The translations under genes were made by a program, and so were the position numbers. This document shows positions 1 to 16,532 of a stretch of 64,000 nucleotides of DNA, in pieces. The stretch lies in assembly GCF_009914755.1 (NCBI RefSeq), contig NC_060926.1; one strand, written 5' to 3'. The notes beneath the pieces are model-generated. The model made no database searches. It was not told the origin of the DNA and saw nothing but the letters and a program-made list of their open reading frames with translations. Source of the stretch: the human T2T-CHM13v2.0 reference genome, Homo sapiens. The first letter of the stretch is position 1, and the number at the start of each line of letters is the position of its first letter.

Positions 1-45
1 CTCCCAAAGTGCTGGGATTACAGGCGTGAGCCACCATACCTGGCC
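1..45 (-). mobile_element. Alu 5' end (partial)
   Basis: ctcccaaagtgctgggattacaggcgtgagccacc. Confidence 0.9.
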
Positions 46-206
46 TGAAATTCTTATCTAGACCCTGTTAAGGTTAAAGAATTCCAGATTGTTGTTGCTA
101 CCATTATTTGATTTTTTTAATGCATCCAGAGTGTCATGTTTCCTAAACCTCAAACTCTATTCTAATTTTATACAGTTTTATTGTCTCACTGAAATTATAG
201 ATTCTT

Positions 207-454
<248 letters not shown>

Positions 455-806
455 CTACTGGAAAGAGGCTGGAAAGTATGAAAGCATTATTAAGCACTGG
501 GTGGGTGTATATTTTCGAAGAGTCAGCTTCAACCAGAAAGGGCTTAAGAATTGAGACTGACTATTCCAGTGGATTTTGTGTGCTAGTGAATTTCTTAAAA
601 CATCATACAGGGAGCTTGGGATATATCAATGATAGAGATTGAATACATTGCCACTAATTCTACAAATGGTTTTATAATGCCTCTATCAAGATATGATGTA
701 CTGTAACTGAAAATGAAGATGCCCTTTCCTCCTAAACCATACTATGATGTTTATGGATTATTTAAAATTCTTAAAACTGACTTAACTCTTTAAAAATTAT
801 CTTCTT

Positions 807-1149
<343 letters not shown>

Positions 1150-1600
1150 TCAACATCCACCCTTCTTTTAATATCACTACAGTTGGACTTTTACCCACTC
1201 CGTTACCCTCAATCACCAAGAAACTTGCATTGAGGTCTGATGATTTAATTGTAAGTGGCACATTTTTGGTCTTCGTCCTGCTGCCCTTGTTCATGGCACA
1301 TTTCCTACTTTAGGACGATTGTTTCCCCTTTCGGGATACGTTTACTATACTAAGCCCTTTGTCTTGATCATTCCTTCTCAATACCTAATGTTCATTCTCC
1401 CTCATCTACCTGCCTATTAAATGTTTGAATTCCTCAGAATTCATTTGCTGGTCTTCTCACTTTGTATTCCTAAGGTGGTCTGAGTCCCTCTTAAGATTTC
1501 CACTACCATTAATATGATGACAATACTCAAGTAAATATTTTTAACCCTGACCTCTTTTCCAGGGCTCCAAACATTACCAAAGTCAAGGATCTGATCTGAT
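1150..1600 (+). mobile_element. Degenerate L2 fragment
   Basis: Pyrimidine-rich and resembles the L2 RT region and downstream consensus; judged by eye. Confidence 0.45.
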
Positions 1601-1659
1601 TTTGTTCTTCCACATTTAAAAAAAAATCCTCAGGGTCTCAGTAGAAAATGTTTTTTTTT

Positions 1660-1990
1660 CGCTCAAGTGATCTGTAGATCAAATACAATTCCAGTGAAAT
1701 CACAATTGAGTTTTTTATGGAATTAGGCAATTGTTTTTAATGTTTATGTGGAAGAACAAAAGATCAAAAAGTAACCAAGACAATCCTGAAAAAAAAATGG
1801 AGGATACTAGCCCTACCAAATATAAAGACTTATTAAAAAGCTCTAGTCTGTTATTGGCTCAGGGATAAGTAAAATAGACTAACAGAATAGACTGTGGTGC
1901 TCAGCAGTGGAACCGTAAGGAAAGGATGAACTGTTGAGGAAATACCACTGGGTTGTTTGGTTATTCATATGGAGAAACTACCCAAAAGAT
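1660..1990 (+). mobile_element. Old L1M ORF2 fragment
   Basis: Resembles L1 ORF2 (agacaatcctgaaaaa...ggaggatactagccctacc...aacagaataga). Confidence 0.6.
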
Positions 1991-2242
1991 GAACAGCCTT
2001 TTCCATGTATTGTTGTGCTGTAAGTGCCATGCACATATTTCCTATATGTGGAAAGGGTTGGAAAGTACTACCTTAAGAGGCCATGGAAGATTATATTTGG
2101 TTTGTATGGTTGCTTTAACAAAAGTATAAGTTACATAGGCTGGAATACTTAGGCAAGTGATGGTCATTGTTTAGTAAAAGGTAAGAGGGCAAGAAAGGAA
2201 CTGAAATTTGATGTAGATGTGCTATATTCTATAAATCTGTAA

Positions 2243-2434
<192 letters not shown>

Positions 2435-2437
2435 TGA

Positions 2438-2675
<238 letters not shown>

Positions 2676-2818
2676 TAAGCCCTCTCATTTTGTTTTGAGG
2701 AAACATATCCAAGAAAGCTAAATGAGTTGTACAAGGAAAGCAGTAGGAGAGGTGGCAGAGCCAGTTCCTGGATCTCACACTTAACAATCTAGTGATTTGT
2801 TAACCTTTTATCACCCTA

Positions 2819-3139
<321 letters not shown>

Positions 3140-3214
3140 AATGTATTTTTGTAGTATACAGCAAACCTAACAAAATTTTCAGTGCTTCTTTGAAGCTTTG
3201 TAGATATGATTTAG

Positions 3215-3523
<309 letters not shown>

Positions 3524-3619
3524 TCATTTTTATATAATCTTTGTGCATAATGGCGATTTTGATAAGAGCAAACCACACTTTAAAAAAGTATTTTTGAGAC
3601 CATTGAAGAATTTGATTGT

Positions 3620-4285
<666 letters not shown>

Positions 4286-4925
4286 TAATCATTAATTGTT
4301 ATGTAAGAAGAATGTCTGTGTTTTTCCAGGAATGCATACTTGAGTGTGTAGAGGTAAAATGACATGCCTGGGATTTGCTTTAAAATAATATCAGCAAAGA
4401 GAAAAGGAGAGGGAGAAGATAAACAAATGTAGCAAAATCATGAAAAGTATTGAATTAGGCTGATGAGTTAATGGGAGTTAATTCAAGTCGTCTTTATCTA
4501 CTTTTGTGTATATTTGAAATTTTTCATTATAAAAACATTTATACAGTTCAGGGTTTTTGGTTGTCTTTTATGTCCGCCACCACTAACTAGATTGTGTACT
4601 CTAAGGAAGGGATTACAACTTGTTTTTGAATCTCTGTTGCTTTATATAGTTGCTGACATTGTAGCATAGTGTATCATGCACATACAGTGTTGAATAAATT
4701 AATAAAAGCGTATTTAATTAAGTATATGCTGTCCCACAGTACTTCCCTTTCTTTCTGGAGCTTTACTCCCCATGACACTTACTACTGCTGCCTCTTTCTT
4801 TGATCCTAAGTGATAAAAATGACTGGCTTTTTATTCTTTGCTTATTGTATATTACATGCCACTTTTATTTAGCAGGATTTCTTGGTGGTTCCATTGAAAT
4901 GAGGTCATGTTCCCACATCCTTTGA

Positions 4926-5248
<323 letters not shown>

Positions 5249-5609
5249 TGACAAATAGTTTTTTAAATCAGTAAAACTGTGTTTATGATTTTGATAAATA
5301 TGCCTTCTATTAAATAACAAGGCAGAATTGCTAAGTTTCCTAACTAAAATGACCCCTGATAATCAGTTTTTTTCAGCCATAGATCTTCATTCACTGGTCT
5401 TTTCAAAAATAAATGATGATTTTTAAAAATCAGGTTTCTGAACTACGCTAGTTTGCATGGTCTTTTGTTTTCCAGAAACTGCCAAAATCCTTCTATTGTG
5501 TTTATTTTCAAATAATTGTCTCTAAAATTCTAGAAATATTCCCTTTAAAAAAGAAAATTTGAAAGAATGAACAAGTAAGCAAACTAAAAAACCAAGAACT
5601 AAAAACATG

Positions 5610-6145
<536 letters not shown>

Positions 6146-6544
6146 ACAAGCACATACACAGAGAAACAACTAAAAACATGAGTGCCATTTGCTATGTGGA
6201 GCAGGGGTCACAGGGATTAGATAAGGTGGCTATGGTCTTAGGAGAAAAGGTTCATCTAAATTGTACCATAAGGTAATTTCAGCAGAAGCATGTTCCTAGT
6301 ACTGAGGTAGGAGTTATTTTAATAAGTAAATGCCTTCGTAATTGCTTTTTTATATTAGCAAGTGGTGTCGGATAATTTTGCTAATTAAAAGATACCTAAA
6401 ATAAATTTAAAAGTAATCTTGCCCACCGTAAATAAATATAAAATATTTACATATTATTGTGTTCCTCAAATTTGTAGACTGAGAGAAAAATTGTTTAAAT
6501 TACTCAGAAATTGACAACTGGTTCTAGAAATGTTAACTCATCAA

Positions 6545-6853
6545 GGCCAGGCACGGTGGCTCACGCCTGTAATCCCAGCACTTTGGGAGGCCGAGGCGGG
6601 CAGATGACCTGAGGTCAGGAGTTTGAGATCAGCCTGGCCAACATGACAAAACCTCATCTCTACTAAAAATACAAAAATTCATCGGGCTTGCTGGTGGGTG
6701 CGTGTAGTCCCAGCTATTTGGGAGGCTGAGGCAGGACAATGGCTTGATCTGGGAGGCAGAGGTTGTAGTGAGCTGAGATCATGCCACTGCACTCCAGCCT
6801 GGGTTGACAGAGCAATATTCCATCTCAAAAAATAAAAAATAAAAATAAAAATA
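6545..6853 (+). mobile_element. AluS
   Basis: Full dimer with (A5T)n tail. Confidence 0.9.
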
Positions 6854-6909
6854 CAGTCTGTTGGCAGTTAATTTAAGGAGCATGATCCATGTAAATTAAA
6901 CTCAACTTA

Positions 6910-6955
6910 GTAATGTTTTCAGTGTGTAGCCAGTAGTGTTTTCAGTGTGTAGCCA
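6910..6955. repeat. 23-bp tandem duplication
   Basis: gta(a/g)tgttttcagtgtgtagcca twice. Confidence 0.9.
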
Positions 6956-7476
6956 TGTAATAATAATACATATTTTAAAATCAAAGCAAGAAGTAAGCTC
7001 TTCGCAAAGTCGTTCATTGGTTGTTGCTCATTTAATTAAGGATTCTGTAGTTGGATTATAATGCCCTCATCAAAGTAATAATTGATGTCCCTCTGAAAAA
7101 CACGTAGATTAATTAAAATAAAATTAAATTTAAAACTTAAAAACAAAAAAAGTACTTAGTGTCCCAGCTCCCTGTAGTCATGATGCCTATTAGTATGTTT
7201 TGTTTCATGGGGAGCCTTGCAAATGGCATGATTTTTAAGCTTTCAGGAGTGGTGAATTTATTATTCCAATTAAGCTAAATTGTTTCCATTATAGAAAAGG
7301 CACACCAGTTTTAATGTTCTAAGCAAAGTTTAAGAATAAAAATCACAACTTCCAAAACAAAACAGGGTGGTTTGGGGGTGAGGTGGGGCACAGTCTTTGC
7401 CACCTTAACCTTAATTAGTATAGATGGTTCAGAATTACCCACCAATAAATGTTTTTTCTTCTGACATTTCCTTTGA

Positions 7477-7617
<141 letters not shown>

Positions 7618-8024
7618 TGATGTAAACATAAATATATAAGAACTAGAAATCTAATAAAAACTATTATCAGAATTCGTTTTAGATTTGTGAAGTTTCCTTG
7701 AGCAAGTGTTGAAAGTCTGTTTAATTCAGAAGTGATTACCACTCAAACTCATTAGATATTTCTATTTTCAGTCACAAAGTTTCCAGCATTTGTGGTATAT
7801 ATCAAATATGACCGTTTTAGGGAACCTAAGTTACGTCAGTCATTCTTGATTCAGATGTTTTAATTGTTAAAATTCCTCTATGACCTTTTGAATAGTGGCT
7901 TACTAAAAGAATGTGAATGTAATGAATAGTTTAGGCTTTTGTTTTCTTTTGCAAAGTAAATGGGTGGAACAGACACTGGGAAAAGAATTACAAACTCAGA
8001 TGAAAATAAAGTAAAATAGTTCCC

Positions 8025-8318
8025 TGGCTGGGCACGGTGGCTCACTCCTGTAATCCCAGCACTTCGGGAGGCTGAGGTGGGCGGATCATGAGGTCAGGTG
8101 ATCAAGACTGTCCTGGCTAACACTGTGAAACCCCATCTCTACTAAAAATACAAAAAAATTAGCCGGGCGTGGTAGCATGCACCTATAGTCCCAGCTACTT
8201 GGGAGGCTGAGGCAGGAGAATGTCATGAACCCGGGAGGCAGAGGTTGCAGTGAGCCGAGATTGCACCACTGCACGCTAGCCTGGGCGACAGAGCGAGACT
8301 TGGCCCCCAAAAAAAAAT
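8025..8318 (+). mobile_element. AluSc/Y
   Basis: Full dimer flanked by aaaatagtt(c/t)cct. Confidence 0.9.
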
Positions 8319-8485
8319 AGTTTCCTGAGGAAAAAAAACTTTCAAAATAATACTAAACTACCCGTTTATGTCACAGGAACATTTATTTATTTATTTTTTT
8401 CTTTTGAGGAAGCACATTGTATACCATGTACGGGGGGTTGTTTGCTCACTTTTATTATAATATTTTTATTAATTTATGTACGTAC

Positions 8486-11396
8486 TAGGTTCAGGGGGTA
8501 CATGTGCAGGTTTGTTCCATGTGTAAATTACATATTGCTGAGGTTTGGTGTATGAATGATCTTATCTCCCAGGTAGTGAGCATAGAGTTTTTCATTTCAC
8601 ATTCCCCCTCACCCTTTCCACTCTAGTAGTCCCCAGTGTCTATTGTTGCCATCTTTATGTCCATGTTTACCCAGTGTTTAGCTCCTGCTTATGAGTGAGA
8701 ATATGTGGTATTTGATTTTCTCTTCCTGCATTAATTGGCTTAGGATAAAGGCCTCCAGCTGCATCCATGTTGCTGCAAAGGACCTGATTTCCTTCCTTAA
8801 TTTTATGGTCGCATAGTATTCCATGGTGTATATGTACCACATTTTCTTTATCCAGTTCACTGTTGATGGACATCTAGGTTGATTACATGTCTTTGCTATT
8901 GTGAATAGTGCTGTGATTAACATACAAGTGCTTGTCTTTTTTTGTACATACCCAAAGTAGTGGGATTGCTGGGTCGAATGGTGGTTGTTTTAAGTTCTTT
9001 GAGAAATCTACACACTGCTTTCCACGGTGGCTGAACTAATTTACACTCCCACCAGCAATGTTTGAACATTCCTTTTTCTCCACAACCTTGCTGACATCTA
9101 TTATCTTTTAACTTTTTATTAATGGCCATTCTGACTGGTGTGAGACAGTATCTTGTGGTTTGATTTACATTAATAGTGATGATGAGCATTTTTTCATATA
9201 TTTGTTGGCTGCACGTTTGTTTTTTGAGAAGTGTCTGTTCATGTCCTTTGCCCATTTTTAATGGGGTTGTTTTTTGATTGTTGAATTAAATGCCTTATAG
9301 AGTCTGGATATTAGACCTTTGTTGGATGCATAGTTTGTATTTTCTCTCATTCTATAGGTTGTCTGTTTATTCTGTTGATAGTTTATTTTGCTGTGCAGAA
9401 GCTCTTTAGTTTATTTTGGTCCCACTTGTCAATCATTGTTTTGGTTGCAGTTGCTTTTGGGGACTTGGTCATAAATTATTTCCCAAGGACAGTGTCCAGA
9501 ATGGTATTTCCTAGGTTTTCTTCTAGGGTTTTTATAGTGTGAGGTCTTATATTTAAATCTTTAATCCATCTTGAGTTAATTTTTGTGTATGGTGAAAGGG
9601 GTCCAGTTTCAGTCTTCTGCATATGGCTAGCCAGTTATCCTAGCACCATTTATCAAATAGGCAGTCTCTTCTCCATTGCTTGTTATTGTTGACTTTGTTC
9701 AAGATCAGATGGTTGCAGGAGTACAGCTTTATTTCTGGCTCCTCCATCCTGTTCCATTGGTTTATATGTCTGTTTTGGTACCAGTACCATGCTGTTTTGG
9801 TTACTGTAGCCTTATAATGTACCTTGAAGTTTGGTAGTGTGACGCTTCTGGCTTTGTTCTTTTTGCTTAGGATGCTTTGGCTATTCGGGCTCTTTTTCAA
9901 TTTCATATGAATTTTAGAAAAGTTCTTTTCTAATGCTGTGAAAAATGACATTGGTAGTTTGATAAGAAGAGCATTGAATCTGTAAACTACTTTGGGCAGT
10001 ATGGAGATTTTAACAATATTGATTCTTCTATCCATGAGCATGGAATGTTTTTCCATTTGTTTGCATCACCTCTGATTTCTTTCAGCAGTGCTTTGTAGTT
10101 GTAGAGATCTTTCACCTCCCTGGTTAGCTGTATTCCTTGATATTCTTTTTGTGGCTATTGTAAATGCAGTTCTTGATTTGGCTCTCAGCTTGGATGTTTT
10201 TGATGTATAGAAATGCTACTGGTTTTTATACATTGATTTTGTATCCTGAAACTGATTAACAAAGTTGTTCATCAGTTCCAGGCACGTTTTGGCGGAGTCT
10301 ATGGGGTTTTCTGTGTATAGAATCATTATCGTCAGTAAAGATTGTTTATCTTCCTCTCTTCTTATTTGGATGCCTTTTATTTCTTTATCTTGCCTGATTA
10401 CTCTGGCAGGGACTTTCAGTACTCTGTTGAATAGGGGTGGTGAGAATGGTCATCCTAGTCTCTTGTTCCAGTTCTCAAGGGGAATGCTTCCAGCATTTCC
10501 CTTTTCAGTACGATGTTGGCTGTGGGTTTGTCAGATGGCTCTTACTATTTTGAGGTATGTTCCTAATTTTTCAGTGCCTAATTTGTTGAGGGTTTTTAAC
10601 ATGAAAGGGTGTTGAATTGTATTGAAAGCCTTTCTGCATCTATTGAGATGATCATATGGTGTTTGTTTTTAATTTTATGAGGTGAATCACATTTATTGAT
10701 TTGCATATGTTGAAACCTTGCACCCCAGGAATAAACCCTTCTTGATTGTGGTGAGTTAACTTTTTGATGTGTTGCTGGATTCGGTTTTAGTATTTTGTTG
10801 ACGATTTTGCATCTGTGTTCATCAGGGATATTGGCCTGAGGTTTTCTTTTTTCCTTGTGCCTCTGCTAGGTTTTGGTATTACAATGATGCTCACTTCGTA
10901 GACTGAGTTAGGGGGGAGGTCCTCTTCCTGGATTGTTTGGAATAGTTTCAGTAGGATTGGTACTAGCTCTTTGTACATCTGATATAATTCAGCTGTGAAT
11001 CTTTCTGGGCCAGGGCTTTTTTTGGTTTATAGGTTTTTTTATTACTGATTCAGTTTTGGAACTTGTTATTGTTCTGTTCAGGATTTTAATTTCCTCCTGG
11101 TTCAGTCTTCGGAGTTTGTGTGTGTTTCTATGAATTTATTCATTTCTTAGGAGGTCATGTGTGTTTCTATGAATTCATTTCTTGGGAGCGCATGTGTGTT
11201 TTTGTGAATGTATTCATTTATTCTAGGTTTCCTAGTTTGTGTGCACAGGTGTTTATAATCTCTAGGTATTTTGTATGTCTGTGGGGTTGGTTGTAATGTC
11301 ACCTTTCTCATTTCAGATTGTGCTTATTTGGATCTTTTCTTAATCTAGCTAGCAGTCTATCTTGTTTATTCTTTTGAAGAACCAACTTTTGGTTTC
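8486..11396 (-). mobile_element. 5'-truncated primate L1 (L1PA15/16- or L1PB-like), about 2.9 kb, in the last PPP1CB intron
   Basis: Antisense L1 3'UTR (ggtacatgtgcaggtttgtt) and minus-strand ORF fragments matching ORF2 ([40 protein letters not shown]). Confidence 0.92.
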
Positions 11397-11819
11397 AACA
11401 TTTACATTTTTAAAAGAGGCCAGTTTTAGCTTTAGTGTGCTCCTACAAATCATTCTTGTTCACTGAGTAAAACAGCTTCAGTACTTTGCTTTTGCAAAGG
11501 CTATTCTATGTCTTTGATGTACACACACTGTATTTCTCTTAAAATGCATTGGGGCTTTCCCATTCCTCTTTCTCTTTATCATAATATACTGTTTCCATCA
11601 ATTAGTACAATTGAATGGTAAATGGTTGATTGCTCATTTACAAATTAAATATAGTAACCATACCTTATCCTTCCAGCAGTTGTCATAGTGGTGTTGGATT
11701 AATATATTCTCTTCACTAAGGCACTATTATGTTCTAAATAGTTTTTAAAAAATACTTTGTACATATTTCTATACTGTTTTAGTTTTGGAAAATCATGACT
11801 TTTTTATGTATAATGTAGG

Positions 11820-12400
11820 TTAAAGCTCTATTTACATCCACCAGAATGAGTGTAGTAAAAAAGCCAGACTGTATCAAGTTTTGGCAAGGATTTGGAGGCA
11901 TTAGAATCTTCATACATTAATGGTGGGAATAGAGTTCTCATATGATGCAGCAGTTTTACCTCTAGGTATATACCCAAGATATATGAAAACATGTTCACAC
12001 AAAAACTGTTACATAAATGTGCATTATTCCTTATAGCCGAAAAAGTCACACAATTCAGATGTCCATCAGCTACTGAATAGATAAACTGTGGTACATCCAT
12101 ACAATGGACTGTACAATGTACAACTCAGCAATAAAAAGGAATGAAGGACTGATACTTCAAAACTGGTTTTGAAAACCTGAGTGAAAGAAGCCAGTCACAA
12201 AAGACCACATATTATATGATGCCAGTTATATGAAATGTTCAGAATAGGCAATTCTATAGAGACATAGTAGATTAGTAGTTGGTTAGAGTTAGAGGATGTG
12301 GAGAGCAGGAATGGGGAGTGACTGCTGATGGGAACAAGCTTTCTTTTTGGGGTGACAAATGTTCTAAAATTAGATTTATATCAATAAAGCTGTTTTTTAA
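11820..12400 (+). mobile_element. L1MB/MC-like 3' end fragment
   Basis: gtggtacatccatacaatgg...agccagtcacaaaagaccacatatt...caataaagctgtt. Confidence 0.8.
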
Positions 12401-12811
12401 GTAAAAAGATCTATTTATACATAAATAAATAAGGTCTGAAGGGTTTGTGACTTGTAGGTTAGTTACCCTCCTAAGTTACTGTATCAGAATTATGATGACA
12501 ACATAGATCTTCTGACTCTTAAACCAGTGTTCTTTTCCTCACAACAGAGATACACTAAGTTCAAAAGTTTTTTACTTAAATCTAAGGATTGGATAGTTGA
12601 TAGAGTTAGTGTACTTTTGTTATTAAAATATGAGTGGAATGACAAAGTTCAGACATTTGCACACTTTAAGAAATGTTTATGGAACTTTGCTATTCTACAT
12701 TTTTATTGCATTTTTGCAGTTTATGCCATTTATTGAAAATCACAATTGTAACAATTTTCTTAACTTCTGTACATGAAAAAATAACATTATTTGTTAATAA
12801 TTTACTTTAAG

Positions 12812-12916
12812 ATATTGAAACCATCTGAAAAGAAAGCTAAATACCAGTATGGTGGACTGAATTCTGGACGTCCTGTCACTCCACCTCGAACAGCTAATCC
12901 GCCGAAGAAAAGGTGA
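12812..12916 (+). CDS. PPP1CB: PP1-beta final coding exon 8 with TGA stop
   Basis: Acceptor ttactttaAG at 12810-12811. Translates [34 protein letters not shown], the PP1-beta-specific tail with the inhibitory CDK site TPPR (T316). Confidence 0.98.
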   Translation: MLKPSEKKAKYQYGGLNSGRPVTPPRTANPPKKR

Positions 12917-13820
12917 AGAAAGGAATTCTGTAAAGAAACCATCAGATTTGTTAAGGACATACTTCATAATATATAAGTGTGCACTGTAAAACCATCCAGC
13001 CATTTGACACCCTTTATGATGTCACACCTTTAACTTAAGGAGACGGGTAAAGGATCTTAAATTTTTTTCTAATAGAAAGATGTGCTACACTGTATTGTAA
13101 TAAGTATACTCTGTTATAGTCAACAAAGTTAAATCCAAATTCAAAATTATCCATTAAAGTTACATCTTCATGTATCACAATTTTTAAAGTTGAAAAGCAT
13201 CCCAGTTAAACTAGATGTGATAGTTAAACCAGATGAAAGCATGATGATCCATCTGTGTAATGTGGTTTTAGTGTTGCTTGGTTGTTTAATTATTTTGAGC
13301 TTGTTTTGTTTTTGTTTGTTTTCACTAGAATAATGGCAAATACTTCTAATTTTTTTCCCTAAACATTTTTAAAAGTGAAATATGGGAAGAGCTTTACAGA
13401 CATTCACCAACTATTATTTTCCCTTGTTTATCTACTTAGATATCTGTTTAATCTTACTAAGAAAACTTTCGCCTCATTACATTAAAAAGGAATTTTAGAG
13501 ATTGATTGTTTTAAAAAAAAATACGCACATTGTCCAATCCAGTGATTTTAATCATACAGTTTGACTGGGCAAACTTTACAGCTGATAGTGAATATTTTGC
13601 TTTATACAGGAATTGACACTGATTTGGATTTGTGCACTCTAATTTTTAACTTATTGATGCTCTATTGTGCAGTAGCATTTCATTTAAGATAAGGCTCATA
13701 TAGTATTACCCAACTAGTTGGTAATGTGATTATGTGGTACCTTGGCTTTAGGTTTTCATTCGCACGGAACACCTTTTGGCATGCTTAACTTCCTGGTAAC
13801 ACCTTCACCTGCATTGGTTT

Positions 13821-13861
13821 TCTTTTTCTTTTTTCTTTCTTTTTTTTTTTTTTTTTTTTTT
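13821..13861. repeat. Poly-T/pyrimidine tract in the PPP1CB 3'UTR
   Basis: T-rich run ending in about 22 T. Confidence 0.9.
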
Positions 13862-16526
13862 GAGTTGTTGTTTGTTTTTAGATCCACAGTACATGAGAAT
13901 CCTTTTTTGACAAGCCTTGGAAAGCTGACACTGTCTCTTTTTCCTCCCTCTATACGAAGGATGTATTTAAATGAATGCTGGTCAGTGGGACATTTTGTCA
14001 ACTATGGGTATTGGGTGCTTAACTGTCTAATATTGCCATGTGAATGTTGTATACGATTGTAAGGCTTATGTCACTAAAGATTTTTATTCTGATTTTTTCA
14101 TAATCAAAGGTCATATGATACTGTATAGACAAGCTTTGTAGTGAAGTATAGTAGCAATAATTTCTGTACCTGATCAAGTTTATTGCAGCCTTTCTTTTCC
14201 TATTTCTTTTTTTTAAGGGTTAGTATTAACAAATGGCAATGAGTAGAAAAGTTAACATGAAGATTTTAGAAGGAGAGAACTTACAGGACACAGATTTGTG
14301 ATTCTTTGACTGTGACACTATTGGATGTGATTCTAAAAGCTTTTATTGAGCATTGTCAAATTTGTAAGCTTCATAGGGATGGACATCATATCTATAATGC
14401 CCTTCTATATGTGCTACCATAGATGTGACATTTTTGACCTTAATATCGTCTTTGAAAATGTTAAATTGAGAAACCTGTTAACTTACATTTTATGGATTGG
14501 CACATTGTATTACTTACTGCAAGAGATATTTCATTTTCAGCACAGTGCAAAAGTTCTTTAAAATGCATATGTCTTTTTTTCTAATTCCGTTTTGTTTTAA
14601 AGCACATTTTAAATGTAGTTTTCTCATTTAGTAAAAGTTGTCTAATTGATATGAAGCCTGACTGATTTTTTTTTTCCTTACAGTGAGACATTTAAGCACA
14701 CATTTTATTCACATAGATACTATGTCCTTGACATATTGAAATGATTCTTTTCTGAAAGTATTCATGATCTGCATATGATGTATTAGGTTAGGTCACAAAG
14801 GTTTTATCTGAGGTGATTTAAATAACTTCCTGATTGGAGTGTGTAAGCTGAGCGATTTCTAATAAAATTTTAGTTGTACACTTTTAGTAGTCATAGTGAA
14901 GCAGGTCTAGAAAATAAGCCTTTGGCAGGGAAAAAGGGCAATGTTGATTAATCTCAGTATTAAACCACATTAATCTGTATCCCATTGTCTGGCTTTTGTA
15001 AATTCATCCAGGTCAAGACTAAGTATGTTGGTTAATAGGAATCCTTTTTTTTTTTTTTAAAGACTAAATGTGAAAAAATAATCACTACTTAAGCTAATTA
15101 ATATTGGTCATTAAATTTAAAGGATGGAAATTTATCATGTTTAAAAATTATTCAAGCACTCTTAAAACCACTTAAACAGCCTCCAGTCATAAAAATGTGT
15201 TCTTTACAAATATTTGCTTGGCAACACGACTTGAAATAAATAAAACTTTGTTTCTTAGGAGAAAATGATTCTGTAATTCCAGTGTCACTAATTTATATTG
15301 TTCTTTCCTCTGATTTTTTTCAGGTTAGTGATTTTTTTGTATACAATTTAATCCAAATGTTATGACATTCAGAAATCATGAAACACAGTAGATATCTGTT
15401 ATAATGTGGTGTATCACATGGATTATAAAGCAAAGTTATGGTCGATTTCTATTCTTGAAAGAATCAACTACAGTGAATCCTTTGCATTTGAAGCCTTAAC
15501 ATGCATTGCTTTAATTTTGCCCAGGGACAAATTTTAATAATCAGCAAGACTGGTTTGTGCAAAGCGTTGAGTCATCAGGTATTTAGAGCCTAGCCAGCTA
15601 CCCAGTATCCATGCTGCCATATCCCTTCATTGTAAAAAGTACCTAAACATTCGTGAAATGATTTTTTTTAGCTGAAAAATGCTGGCAAGAAGAATTTTAA
15701 AGCTTAAAATAGGTGGTAAATTTGAAGTATGAGTGTGTTCACGAGAAACATAGGCTTTTCAAAAAAATTTTTATTCAAGGCAAAGCAAGGAACATCTTGA
15801 GATATGTCTCAAGAATATAAAGATGTATTATTTTAAGCCAAGGAGCTGAAATATATCTCAGTTTATAAATTCAGGTATATTCTTTTTGTCTCCATGGCAA
15901 CCATAACTTTTGAACCAAAAAAAATTGTTTTTACATCTTTATGCTGAAAATGTGTTTAGATTAGGAATATGGTCGGGCTGAATTTGCTGTTGCTCCCTAA
16001 CCAAATCCACCTCTTGTTTTCCTTGTGAGTCCATGGCTAAATCAAAGCTGCCCCTGAGAAGAGACTTAATCCAAGCCTGATTGTACTAGTGGCATCACTT
16101 AGAAGTAGGCTTTCCCTCTTCCTAGTAGATCTCAATGTTTTATAATTCCTTAAAACAGCTGAAAATTGGGACAACATACTTTACGCAATGAACAGTAGTT
16201 AAATAGGAAATAAACTAGTTCCATGTAAGTATACACCTAGAGTTTTAATTACCTTTATAATGTTTCTTAAAAGTGAAACTTAGATACAATTGTGATTGGA
16301 TACTTAGATACTAAGTGAAACTTAGTGTAACAATTTTGATCTGTTAAATTGGATTTTACATGTACATTTGAATGCCAGAATTTCTAAATAAATCCCCTGG
16401 TTAGGAAATTTTAAAAGTCAAAGCTTGTTTTCTTCAACCACTACCTTCTACATTGGTTGACTTAGACCGTAAGCTTTTTAAGTTTCTCATTGTAATTTAC
16501 CTTCTCATGCAGATTGCTGATGTTTT

Positions 16527-16532
16527 ATTAAA
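16527..16532 (+). terminator. PPP1CB: Distal poly(A) signal of PPP1CB (ATTAAA)
   Basis: ATTAAA followed by U/GU-rich sequence (ctttgcttctttcctctt); the repeat-free UTR-like sequence ends shortly after. Confidence 0.65.

Noticed and set aside
8667-10978. ORFs resembling reverse transcriptase or ORF2 C-terminus (also 47190-47519)
   Set aside because: Frameshifted fragments of dead L1 copies.
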